From positions 1 through 48,297 of the forward strand of contig CAZOFO010000004.1 of the NCBI GenBank assembly GCA_964579265.1: DNA of 48,297 nt. Direction: 5' to 3'. How positions within the stretch are numbered: position 1 is the first letter of the stretch; each line of letters begins with the position of its first letter. The notes under the pieces are model-generated. The model was not told the origin of the DNA, searched no databases, and saw only the letters and a list, made by a program, of their open reading frames with translations. Shown here in pieces: positions 36,335 to 44,469 of this stretch. The DNA is from Candidatus Micrarchaeota archaeon (GTDB lineage: Archaea > B1Sed10-29). The position numbers were made by a program, and so were the translations under genes.

Positions 36335-37882
36335 TTAATTTCCCATTAATCCCTTTTCAGATTCAGTTGACCTCCTCTCATGGAGAATAATAATTAATAC
36401 AACAAACACTAGAGAACCAAGCAGTAATTGAAGAATCAAATTACCACCAAGACCACCCTTGAAATAACCGGTAAATCTAGATCTAACCCCCTCATCAATA
36501 TCACTACCATCCTCAACTAGTTCTTCATCCTCTTCTAAAGACTCTAAATCCTCTACTTCAGTCAAAACAAACTCCACACTGTTCTTACCTGAATCAGAAA
36601 CATTTAAAACCTGTTTACAGCTGTAAAAATCGCTTTCTTCGATGCAGCCGTAACCCTCTATATCCCCCTCAGGATCAAGCTCGTAACTTACCAATAGTTC
36701 TCCTGGGAAATGATTTATTATTTCTTCAAAGGACAGAATAATCTCTTCTTCACCCTCAATATGTTCTTCGCGAATATCGATTCTTCTCACATCTAGGCAA
36801 TTCGCTGTGGATTCGGCACTGAAAACACCTGTCTCATTTTTATCCAAAGAAACTTTCATCTGCTCGATTTCAACTTCTCTACATTCATTTAAATCACCTG
36901 TCTCTGGATTGTAATAGAATTCTATCGGTCCGGGTAAGTTCTCATGCGCCTGCAGAGTTACTTCTTTTTCAAAGTGAACTTTGTTCTGAGTTGAGATTTC
37001 ATCCTTATCCTGTTCCCAACCAGTAGTACTCTTCTCCAGCCAGTCTCCATCCCAGGAAGACTCTACAGAATCATTTTCTCCAGGTTCTATCCCTCCTATG
37101 AAGCTATCTTCTTCAATGAGATCCGCTTCACCGATATCTCCATAATTCAGTTCATAGTATAGTAGATCTTCTCCAAGATTGGTTATCTCATCTTTTTTGA
37201 TGTATAATTGTTCTTCAATATCTCCGGATTGAAACTCTAATTCACTATCTGTCAATTCATACTTCAATTCGAAGATCTTTTTGTTACCAGCTTCATCTAT
37301 AAACTCTATATTCTTTTCATATATATCTGAAGATCTATTAAGATCTTCCGTAAGGTTTAAAGTGTATTTTTCACCATCTTTATCCACGATAGGGTAACTA
37401 GCGTTTTTAATTTCGGATAAAGAATCTGCAGTCACTTCTAGTTTCTTTTCAGATTTATTTTCATTTCCCCAGTTTTCCACTATTAACCAGGGATCCCTTA
37501 TTTCAGGGGGTGTATCATCCACTCCTATCTGAATTACCTCTGTCACGGTCCAGCAGACAAATTCAGAGGGACATTCCCGTCCATCAACCCTGAGATAGAA
37601 GCCATCCGATTCAGGCAGTTCGGAAAAATTTAGTTCTGTAGAAACATTGCTTTGATCCTCTTCCAGATCAAATGAAGCTAATTCTTTCCAGCTCCTTGGA
37701 TCCGATTCAGAGTTCCAAAAAATATTCATTTCCTCCAGATTTCTTTCCTCGTAATTAACCTCTAGATTAGTTAAACCAGAGATAAAAGAACCTTCTTCAG
37801 GCTCCTCTATTGACAGGGAAAATGAAAGAGGCATGATCATCAAACATATCAAAGCTAGTAAAATTACTTTTCTCTTCATCAT
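36335..37882 (-). CDS. acidic secreted surface protein with a C-terminal TM anchor
   Basis: Signal peptide MMKRKVILLALICLMIMPLSFS, several Cys pairs, and a C-terminal FTGYFKGG, TM helix and HERR tail. Confidence 0.7.
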   Translation of the reverse strand: MMKRKVILLALICLMIMPLSFSLSIEEPEEGSFISGLTNLEVNYEERNLEEMNIFWNSESDPRSWKELASFDLEEDQSNVSTELNFSELPESDGFYLRVDGRECPSEFVCWTVTEVIQIGVDDTPPEIRDPWLIVENWGNENKSEKKLEVTADSLSEIKNASYPIVDKDGEKYTLNLTEDLNRSSDIYEKNIEFIDEAGNKKIFELKYELTDSELEFQSGDIEEQLYIKKDEITNLGEDLLYYELNYGDIGEADLIEEDSFIGGIEPGENDSVESSWDGDWLEKSTTGWEQDKDEISTQNKVHFEKEVTLQAHENLPGPIEFYYNPETGDLNECREVEIEQMKVSLDKNETGVFSAESTANCLDVRRIDIREEHIEGEEEIILSFEEIINHFPGELLVSYELDPEGDIEGYGCIEESDFYSCKQVLNVSDSGKNSVEFVLTEVEDLESLEEDEELVEDGSDIDEGVRSRFTGYFKGGLGGNLILQLLLGSLVFVVLIIILHERRSTESEKGLMGN

Positions 37883-38029
37883 ATTAGTAGGTAAGGAAGC
37901 CGGGAAATAAAAAACTTACATAAGAAAGAGGATACACAGAGAGATTTTAATTAAACTTTTTTATTCGCGAACGGAGTTCGCGATATATATCGGAAACCGC
38001 CAGGTTTCTCGAATATCTAAAAAGTTTAG

Positions 38030-38113
38030 TGCACGGGGAGAGATTTGAACTCTCGAAGGCACTAAGCCACTAGGTCCTAAGCCTAGCCCCTTTGACCACT
38101 CGGGCACCCGTGC
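38030..38113 (-). tRNA. tRNA-Leu(TAG), no intron, CCA not encoded
   Basis: GCACGGG/CCCGTGC acceptor stem, CTAGG-CTTAGGA-CCTAG anticodon arm, long variable arm, and GTTCAAATC T-loop. Confidence 0.96.
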
Positions 38114-38135
38114 TTAAAATAAAAATAAAGCAAGA

Positions 38136-38260
38136 TGCTCCGACCGGGATTTGAACCCGGGTCTCGGGCTTTCTCCAATCCTGAGAATTTTCAAATCTAT
38201 AAAGATATTTTACTCAAGATTTCGAAAGGCCCGAATCCTTGGCCACTAGACTATCGGAGC
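38136..38260 (-). tRNA. tRNA-Glu(TTC) with a 52-nt intron at 37/38 (38171-38222)
   Basis: GCTCCGA/TCGGAGC acceptor stem and CGGGC-CTTTCG^A-GCCCG arm. BHB central helix CUUU/GGAG and a 9-bp outer helix AAUCUUGAG/CUCAGGAUU. Confidence 0.95.
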
Positions 38261-38432
38261 ATGAGATTTAGTCCACCATTATTCCTCTTTGTTATCACTA
38301 TTTTTTGTTACTCTCTTTATTTAATTTCTCCCTCTTATTAAAATCTATTTCTCCAAACCTCTTCAATCATTATTGAAACTAAGGTATCTACAATGCTTAA
38401 ATATGGTGACCTTAATAAATATATTGATTAGT

Positions 38433-38582
38433 ATGACTTCAACCGAAGTGAAAGAAAGAAGACTAAAGAGAAAAATATGCAGAAAATGCAATGCGAGGAA
38501 TCCTCCCAACGCTGAGAAATGCAGAAAATGCGGTTCCAAGCAATTAAGAATGAAGAGCATGGAAAGAAGAGGAATAGCTTAA
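38433..38582 (+). CDS. rpl40e: 50S ribosomal protein L40e
   Basis: [28 protein letters not shown]. Start moved to the internal ATG giving 49 aa. Confidence 0.93.
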   Translation: MTSTEVKERRLKRKICRKCNARNPPNAEKCRKCGSKQLRMKSMERRGIA

Positions 38583-38734
38583 ATATAGGTCTAATGTAGC
38601 TTATAAGCAGTTTTAAAGCTTTTTAAACCTCATATAAATACAATTGATGCTTTTCAATAGATAAAAGACGAATAAAAGATAGATTTAAATTCGTTCTGAA
38701 GGCTTTTTTTCAAGGACTAATCCTGACCAAAAGA

Positions 38735-38785
38735 TTTATATATCATGACTTCATCATGATATGTGTGACTCCAACATAGGAGTCA
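38735..38785 (+). promoter_or_regulatory. TATA box followed by a 9-5-9 palindrome and a 7-bp hairpin
   Basis: TTTATATA (38735-42), ATATCATGA-CTTCA-TCATGATAT (38740-62) and TGACTCC-N6-GGAGTCA (38766-85). Confidence 0.6.
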
Positions 38786-38841
38786 TGATTGGAACCCGAC
38801 CCCAATATTCAGAAATAAATCGGATACCGGTGAATCTTTAG

Positions 38842-39279
38842 ATGGATATCGAACCAGAAGACGAAACCGAAAAAGAATTCAGCAATCTAATGTTCGATGT
38901 AAAGTACGATAAAGAAGAATTCAATGATCCGGAAACAATAGGTTTACTGCTATACAGACTCTCTAAAGAAAGAAAAAAAACAAACCATCTGTTCAAAGAA
39001 ATAACAGAGAAACTTGAAAACATAGAAGAAGGAATTGAAAACAAATCAACTACAAAAAATACAAATAAAGATAGAAAAAAACAAATGCTTTCAAAGACAG
39101 ATCAAAAAGTATACGATTACGTTAAAAGAAATGGTAAAGTCGACGCAGCCGATTTAAAAGAAGAATTTGGATATAAAGGGAGAAATGCCGCATCCGCAAG
39201 ACTTAACTCCCTGTACAAGAAAGACCTCCTGGACAAGGAACGCGTTGGAAAAAGGGTTCTATACTGGGCCAAGGGGTAG
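38842..39279 (+). CDS. coiled-coil plus C-terminal winged-helix putative DNA-binding protein
   Basis: LSKTDQKVYDYVKRNGKVDAADLKEEFGY..RNAASARLNSLYKKDLLDKERVGKRVLY follows a wHTH pattern. Confidence 0.7.
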   Translation: MDIEPEDETEKEFSNLMFDVKYDKEEFNDPETIGLLLYRLSKERKKTNHLFKEITEKLENIEEGIENKSTTKNTNKDRKKQMLSKTDQKVYDYVKRNGKVDAADLKEEFGYKGRNAASARLNSLYKKDLLDKERVGKRVLYWAKG

Positions 39280-39299
39280 TTCAGCCATAATCCACCTCC
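39259..39299 (-). pseudogene. possible 5' stub of an archaeal histone gene (MAELPLGPV*) with its SD
   Basis: GGAGGTG-GATT-ATG GCT GAA CTA CCC CTT GGC CCA GTA TAG closely resembles archaeal histone N-termini (MAELPIAPV). It overlaps the 3' end of the wHTH gene on the opposite strand. Confidence 0.4.
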
Positions 39300-39403
39300 A
39301 ACACTCTAGAACTTACCCCCTTGCGCCTTCTTTCTCATTTTTTTATATCTCTTGAATTAGAAATACCTGTCTCTAGGATAAGTAAAAAGAAAAAGAAAGA
39401 TTT

Positions 39404-39863
39404 AAATAGAGGTTTCAAATATTTTCACTATCTTAGTTGCAGTGGAATGTTATATCTGGGAAGTCACCGTCAACAACAGTGTACTGCGTACCGGATGTAA
39501 AGTGGTCTTCATCTGTTGATACTAGATCTACGTATGCTTCTTCACCAGCTTCTAATCCTAAATCGAATGATATGTTTCCTCTGTGTTCTCCTTCTGAGTA
39601 TACTGTTACCATTCTATCGGACCCTATATTTACTCCACCAGTATTTACTATTCTTGCACTGGCATTACTTGGGGTTTCAGCTTCGTTTAGGTTGCATTCT
39701 CCTACGGTGAATGCTGTTTGTGCTGTTTCTGCTCCTGGAGGTTTGTCTGCTAGTCCGGCTGCCCAGTACCATACACCTACTGCTGCTATCACTGCAATTG
39801 CTATCAGTAGTACAACTGCTATAACTGGGGATATACCTTTCTTCATATATATTCACCTCCTTT
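39404..39863. repeat. 460-bp exact direct repeat, copy 1 (period 622)
   Basis: Identical by eye to 40026-40485. The ORF-track shadow ORFs are also identical in both copies. Confidence 0.95.
39433..39846 (-). CDS. archaeal type IV pilin (class III signal peptide), copy 1
   Basis: MKKG^ISPVIAVVLLIAIAVIAAVGVWYW prepilin motif, GGAGGTG SD, and a C-terminal Cys pair. Confidence 0.88.
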   Translation of the reverse strand: MKKGISPVIAVVLLIAIAVIAAVGVWYWAAGLADKPPGAETAQTAFTVGECNLNEAETPSNASARIVNTGGVNIGSDRMVTVYSEGEHRGNISFDLGLEAGEEAYVDLVSTDEDHFTSGTQYTVVDGDFPDITFHCN

Positions 39864-39914
39864 AAATTTTGATCTTGAATATTCTCTTTTGGATTATAAA
39901 AAATGAATTGATCA

Positions 39915-39929
39915 CTTATAATACTTTCT
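39915..39929 (-). promoter_or_regulatory. BRE-TATA candidate for pilin copy 1
   Basis: Minus-strand AGAAAG-TATTATAAG about 70 nt upstream of the ATG. Confidence 0.45.
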
Positions 39930-40025
39930 ATATGTTTAGGTAAGCGATCTGGGAGATAGAAACATATAATGATTATAGAAATCCCTAGTGAAAGATAAAG
40001 AGAAACAAAGAAAAAGAAAATTAAA

Positions 40026-40485
40026 AAATAGAGGTTTCAAATATTTTCACTATCTTAGTTGCAGTGGAATGTTATATCTGGGAAGTCACCGTCAACAACA
40101 GTGTACTGCGTACCGGATGTAAAGTGGTCTTCATCTGTTGATACTAGATCTACGTATGCTTCTTCACCAGCTTCTAATCCTAAATCGAATGATATGTTTC
40201 CTCTGTGTTCTCCTTCTGAGTATACTGTTACCATTCTATCGGACCCTATATTTACTCCACCAGTATTTACTATTCTTGCACTGGCATTACTTGGGGTTTC
40301 AGCTTCGTTTAGGTTGCATTCTCCTACGGTGAATGCTGTTTGTGCTGTTTCTGCTCCTGGAGGTTTGTCTGCTAGTCCGGCTGCCCAGTACCATACACCT
40401 ACTGCTGCTATCACTGCAATTGCTATCAGTAGTACAACTGCTATAACTGGGGATATACCTTTCTTCATATATATTCACCTCCTTT
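40026..40485. repeat. 460-bp exact direct repeat, copy 2
   Basis: Identical by eye to 39404-39863. Confidence 0.95.
40055..40468 (-). CDS. archaeal type IV pilin (class III signal peptide), copy 2
   Basis: Identical to copy 1. Confidence 0.88.
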   Translation of the reverse strand: MKKGISPVIAVVLLIAIAVIAAVGVWYWAAGLADKPPGAETAQTAFTVGECNLNEAETPSNASARIVNTGGVNIGSDRMVTVYSEGEHRGNISFDLGLEAGEEAYVDLVSTDEDHFTSGTQYTVVDGDFPDITFHCN

Positions 40486-40525
40486 GAATTTCGTTAATAT
40501 GTTTGTTGTTATGAAACGAATTGTT

Positions 40526-40540
40526 CTTTATAAGTCTTTC
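40526..40540 (-). promoter_or_regulatory. BRE-TATA candidate for pilin copy 2
   Basis: Minus-strand GAAAGAC-TTATAAAG about 60 nt upstream of the ATG. Confidence 0.45.
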
Positions 40541-40541
40541 G

Positions 40542-42458
40542 TTATGTTTTTTTCTTTAAGGATGATTTTTCTTTTTTCTTTTCTTTTTCATCTTCATTTT
40601 TGACTTTTTTAACGATTTTACCTAAAAAACCTGTATTTTTTGATTGATCTTTGTCTTTATCTTTTTCCTTTTCCGTATCTTTCGATTTTTCTTTACCCTT
40701 TACTTCTTCTTTATCTTTCTTCTCTTTTTCGGGTTTTTTATCTTTTTTATCTTTTTTCTTCTCTATCTTCTTTATCTTCTTTTCTTTTCCTGTTAGTTTT
40801 CCTTTTATACCTGTTCCTATCAGTTTTATGTCTTTTCTATCTTTTATTTCTTCTTTGATGTATTTTATGAGTCTTTTTTCCGGTATTTGAAGTCTTTTTT
40901 CCAGTGTCTTTATCTCCATTTCTTTTCCTGGTCTCATTATATCTAGGTATTTCTTTGCTCTTTCTTTTCTTCTTTGTTTTATTTCTTCAGTATGTTCTTT
41001 TATTTCTTCTGCTTTTTTTCTGGTTTTTTTGTGTTCTTCTTCGTCTTTTTTTAGTTTTGAGGTTATGCCTCCTATTTTTTCCTCCATTTTCTTCATTTTT
41101 TCCGATTTTTTCTCTTCTTCGGTTTCTTCGTGCATTTGGCTTTTGTGTATTTTCATTCCTTTTTTGGAGCTGAATTCTTTTCCGCATACTGGACAGGTGT
41201 TTCCTTCAGGTTCTTCCTGTTCTTCGGTCTTTTCTCTGATCTTTTTCATTTTTTCTTTTGCTTTTTCAAGTTTTTCTTTTTTATCTTTAGACATCTTTTT
41301 TGCTTTGGGAGGTTTAATTTCAGATAGTTTTTGTTTTAGTTCTTCTTTTTCTTTTTTAGATGGTTCTTCTTCTTTTGCTTCTTCCACTGCTTTTTCTGCT
41401 TTCTCTATTTCTTGTTTAGTTTTCTTTATTTCTTTTCCTGAGATGTGTTTGGTTTCTATTCCTTGACTTATTTTTCCTAGAAGGGTTTCTATGTTGGATA
41501 GGTCTTTTCCCATTGCTTTGAAGTACTGTCTGGTTTGTTTTCCACTTGCTTTTTCCACTTCGTCCAGTTGTTTGTCTATTTCATCTATTTTTTCATATAG
41601 TTTATCTATTGATGCTTCCATTTCTTTGCTTGGTCCTGATCTGTCTATACCTTCTATTCTTTGTTTTATCTTGTTTAGGGAGTTCTTTATATTTTCCATT
41701 TCTTCTTTTGTTTCTTTTCTTTTTTCCTTTTCTCTTTCCCTTGCTTTTCTTATCTGTTTGGTTAAGTCTTCTATTTTTTGCTCGAGCTGTGTTTCTCCTT
41801 CTACAGTGGTTTCTTCAATGGTTTCTCTGATCTCTTGTATTTGTTCTTTTAGTTCTTTTCCTTTTTCTTCCATTCCACTGTATTTTTCTTCTTGTTTTTT
41901 CACGAGTTCGTCTGGTAGTTCCTTTAGTTGTTCCTGTAGTGATTCTATATCTTTTTGAAGTACTTCAGCTTTAGGTGCGTGTTCCTCTGGTTTTTCTTGA
42001 GCTTCATCTATTTTTTCAGTCATTTTTTCTATTTCTTCATCTAGTGATTCTATTTCTTTTTCAAAGGAACTTATTTTTTCTTCTTTTGGTATATGGTGTA
42101 GTGCTTTGTTTATTTCGTCTATTCTTTCTTTGAGTTCTTCTCCTGTTGTTTCTTCTTTTTTGGATTTTAGTTTTTGTACTTCGTTTAGAAGTTTTGATTG
42201 TGATTCCGCTATTGTTCTTATGATTTCGTTAGGTGTTTGATCTTCTTCTGTTTCTTCGGCTGCTTCCTGTATTACTTCGGTGAGTCTTTCTATTTTATTA
42301 TTTATCTCTTTGTTCTTTTTCAGGTTTCTTTGTACGAGTTTTTCGAGTTTTTCTTCTTTTCCTTCATCCATTCCTCTACTTTTTTCTTTTTCCAGTTCCT
42401 GTATTTGTGATTTTAGTTTTTTCTGTGTTTCTTTGAGTTCTTCTGCTTTTTCAGCCAT
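40542..42458 (-). CDS. long coiled-coil protein with one C2H2 zinc finger and a K-rich tail
   Basis: Heptad-rich K/E sequence containing CPVCGKEFSSKKGMKIHKSQMH. No Walker motifs. Confidence 0.7.
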   Translation of the reverse strand: MAEKAEELKETQKKLKSQIQELEKEKSRGMDEGKEEKLEKLVQRNLKKNKEINNKIERLTEVIQEAAEETEEDQTPNEIIRTIAESQSKLLNEVQKLKSKKEETTGEELKERIDEINKALHHIPKEEKISSFEKEIESLDEEIEKMTEKIDEAQEKPEEHAPKAEVLQKDIESLQEQLKELPDELVKKQEEKYSGMEEKGKELKEQIQEIRETIEETTVEGETQLEQKIEDLTKQIRKAREREKEKRKETKEEMENIKNSLNKIKQRIEGIDRSGPSKEMEASIDKLYEKIDEIDKQLDEVEKASGKQTRQYFKAMGKDLSNIETLLGKISQGIETKHISGKEIKKTKQEIEKAEKAVEEAKEEEPSKKEKEELKQKLSEIKPPKAKKMSKDKKEKLEKAKEKMKKIREKTEEQEEPEGNTCPVCGKEFSSKKGMKIHKSQMHEETEEEKKSEKMKKMEEKIGGITSKLKKDEEEHKKTRKKAEEIKEHTEEIKQRRKERAKKYLDIMRPGKEMEIKTLEKRLQIPEKRLIKYIKEEIKDRKDIKLIGTGIKGKLTGKEKKIKKIEKKKDKKDKKPEKEKKDKEEVKGKEKSKDTEKEKDKDKDQSKNTGFLGKIVKKVKNEDEKEKKKEKSSLKKKT

Positions 42459-42546
42459 TTGGAAGGTCCTCCGCTCTGTTTATTATTTCCAGGTAAAACC
42501 TGTTTAAGTAAAAAAGGAGTTACTTAATAAAAAGGTTTTTGATTTT

Positions 42547-43320
42547 TTATTCTTCTTCGTCTTCTCCAGCTATATATTTTATCCATATTATCCATAGCAG
42601 TAGTGCCCATATTATTAGTAGTGTTCTCCATAGGAAGTCGTGTACCAGGTCGAGGAACTGTATTCCTCTTGCCCATCCTGCATATATTGTTGTTGAGAGC
42701 CTTACTATATTCATTAGATGAACTAGAGGGATTGATAGCACTATTCCAAGGAATTTATCTTTTTTATTGGCATCTGGATAGGCTATTATCAGTGAGACTA
42801 TGGCGAACATTCCTATCCATCCAACGCATTCAGGTATTATGTCCACCTGGAATGGTTCATCCGTTCCTTGTATGTCTATGAGCGCGGGTGAGGTGTATAC
42901 TATATGTCCCTGTGCTCTCAGGTTTTTAGTGTATTCGTCCACTATATTTTCATCTTCTGGGTGTAGTGAAGTTGCTAGAAATTGTCTTGATCCTTCTATA
43001 TCTCTTTCTTCCATCCCTATTCTTGTTAGTTTTTCACTGGCATCTTCAAGGACTGGAGAATCTTCCGGTATTATTATAGAGTGTTCGTAGAACTGAGTAT
43101 CGACACTTGAGGCTTGTAGTACTGCATTGGTGTGCATTGCTACCTGTCTTCTTGGAAAACGCATTTCTAGGTTAAGAGAAGATATGAATGACATTAGTAT
43201 TGCGGCTAGAGCTAATACTGATGCGAATTTAGCTATCTTTATTATTTTTTCTTTTTCTTGGATTTTCTCAGTGAATTCAGATAATCTAGATTCTTTTATT
43301 TTTTCAGAAAGTTTCTTCAT
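42547..43320 (-). CDS. archaeosortase/exosortase family transpeptidase
   Basis: IIPECVG (Cys), MNIVRL (Arg) and LVHDFLW (His) catalytic triad set within TM helices. Confidence 0.85.
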   Translation of the reverse strand: MKKLSEKIKESRLSEFTEKIQEKEKIIKIAKFASVLALAAILMSFISSLNLEMRFPRRQVAMHTNAVLQASSVDTQFYEHSIIIPEDSPVLEDASEKLTRIGMEERDIEGSRQFLATSLHPEDENIVDEYTKNLRAQGHIVYTSPALIDIQGTDEPFQVDIIPECVGWIGMFAIVSLIIAYPDANKKDKFLGIVLSIPLVHLMNIVRLSTTIYAGWARGIQFLDLVHDFLWRTLLIIWALLLWIIWIKYIAGEDEEE

Positions 43321-43354
43321 GACTTTTCACTCTTTAAAGAAGTTTTTTGATTAT

Positions 43355-43801
43355 TCAGAACTGTGTTTTTCCATATTCTTGGCTTCTACCTACTTTTCTT
43401 CTGTTGTAGCTTCTTTTCTCAATATTTTCCTGCATGTATTCTTCTATATGTTCCTTGAAGGATTTATTAACTTTATATCTTTGTGATTGTTTTTTCAATA
43501 TCCCTACATTGGTCATTAGATCCAGGAAAGTTTTTGATTCTTTTCCAACGCAGAATATTATGTTTTTTTCTTCTGTCGTCCCGTTGTCAAGTAGGAATTG
43601 TAGTGTTTGTATACCTGTCTTGTTATTTTTGAGTTTCTCCAGCATCCTGGTCAGAGATTGTTTTGAAAACTCTTCTGACTTTGTTGCGATGATGTGATTG
43701 AGTTCATCGCATTTATGGCATCTTCTCCATCCTTCGAAGTTCTCGTTTGTCGCCAATTGTTTTACTGGTGCTTCGCAGTTCGAACATTTTACTGTTTTCA
43801 T
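43355..43801 (-). CDS. Zn-ribbon protein with a probable C-terminal helix-turn-helix/winged domain
   Basis: CSNC...CHKC, followed by FLDLMTNVGILKK...RYKVN. Confidence 0.55.
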   Translation of the reverse strand: MKTVKCSNCEAPVKQLATNENFEGWRRCHKCDELNHIIATKSEEFSKQSLTRMLEKLKNNKTGIQTLQFLLDNGTTEEKNIIFCVGKESKTFLDLMTNVGILKKQSQRYKVNKSFKEHIEEYMQENIEKRSYNRRKVGRSQEYGKTQF

Positions 43802-43894
43802 GTGTTTAAATAACTAGTTTTCTCTATATAAAACTTTCCTTTAAATTTTAGGGAGAGAATAATGTTTTAAGAAGAGAGGTAAATTAGTGGTTAG

Positions 43895-44407
43895 GTGCAG
43901 GATAATAGTTTTTCGAACGATATATACGGTTCATGGAAGGATAAACAGATTGAGAAGTACAGTGAGATATATAAAGAGATCAAGGAGTATTTAAAAGATT
44001 TTGAAAAAGCTTTAGATATAGGTGTAGGTAGGGCTTGGTTATGGGAGTATTTAAGTAAAAAAGAGATTAATTTTGGAGATATAGTGGGAGTAGAGGTATC
44101 TGAGGATGCTGTGGGAAGAGAAAAGAACTATATAGATTATTTTTACGTGGATGGATCCAGGGAAAATCTAGGTTTGGAGGAACTAGGAGAGGAAAAGTTT
44201 GATTTAATCGTTGCTTTTGATTCAATTCATCTGGTTAATTACGGTGGAGATCTGCCCGAATTGTTGAGAGAAGGTGGATTAATGCTTCAGTCCGTTCCCC
44301 TGAAGTTCGAGGATGACCTCAAGCTGTATCCGGGAATGAAGTTACTGGAGAAAGGTAGGATAGGTAAAGAGGAAGTCGATAGATATGTACTTCAGAAAAA
44401 GATTTGA
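43895..44407 (+). CDS. class I SAM-dependent methyltransferase
   Basis: ALDIGVGRA (motif I), VGVEVS, and KFDLIVAFDSIH. GTG start. Confidence 0.8.
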   Translation: MQDNSFSNDIYGSWKDKQIEKYSEIYKEIKEYLKDFEKALDIGVGRAWLWEYLSKKEINFGDIVGVEVSEDAVGREKNYIDYFYVDGSRENLGLEELGEEKFDLIVAFDSIHLVNYGGDLPELLREGGLMLQSVPLKFEDDLKLYPGMKLLEKGRIGKEEVDRYVLQKKI

Positions 44408-44469
44408 TTCTTAAAATCACGGGTATATAAGGAAAAAGGATAAATAAAGGGAATTGATTATTAATCACG

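Noticed and set aside
36320-38030. Integrated element bounded by a tRNA-Leu att duplication
   Set aside because: No second copy of the tRNA 3' end and no integrase were found by eye.
38135-38341. 68-aa ORF on the plus strand
   Set aside because: It is the antisense of tRNA-Glu and its intron.
38690-38760. C/D box sRNA (AUGAUGA on the minus strand at 38751-57)
   Set aside because: There is no CUGA D box at a suitable distance downstream. The motif is explained by the DNA palindrome.
38788-38805. ORB-like replication origin element (GTTCCA next to a G-string)
   Set aside because: The arrangement does not match the ORB consensus, it occurs once, and no cdc6/orc1 gene is nearby.
39160-39260. 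Readthrough or frameshift extension of MAELPLGPV into a full histone
   Set aside because: The two downstream frames I translated (readthrough and one shifted frame) give antisense-type sequence with no AGAxRVS or HAGRKT histone motifs.
39306-39338. Mini-ORF MRKKAQGGKF resembling a class III signal peptide
   Set aside because: No hydrophobic helix follows, it has no SD, and it is only 10 codons long. It more likely lies within the promoter or leader of the histone-like stub.
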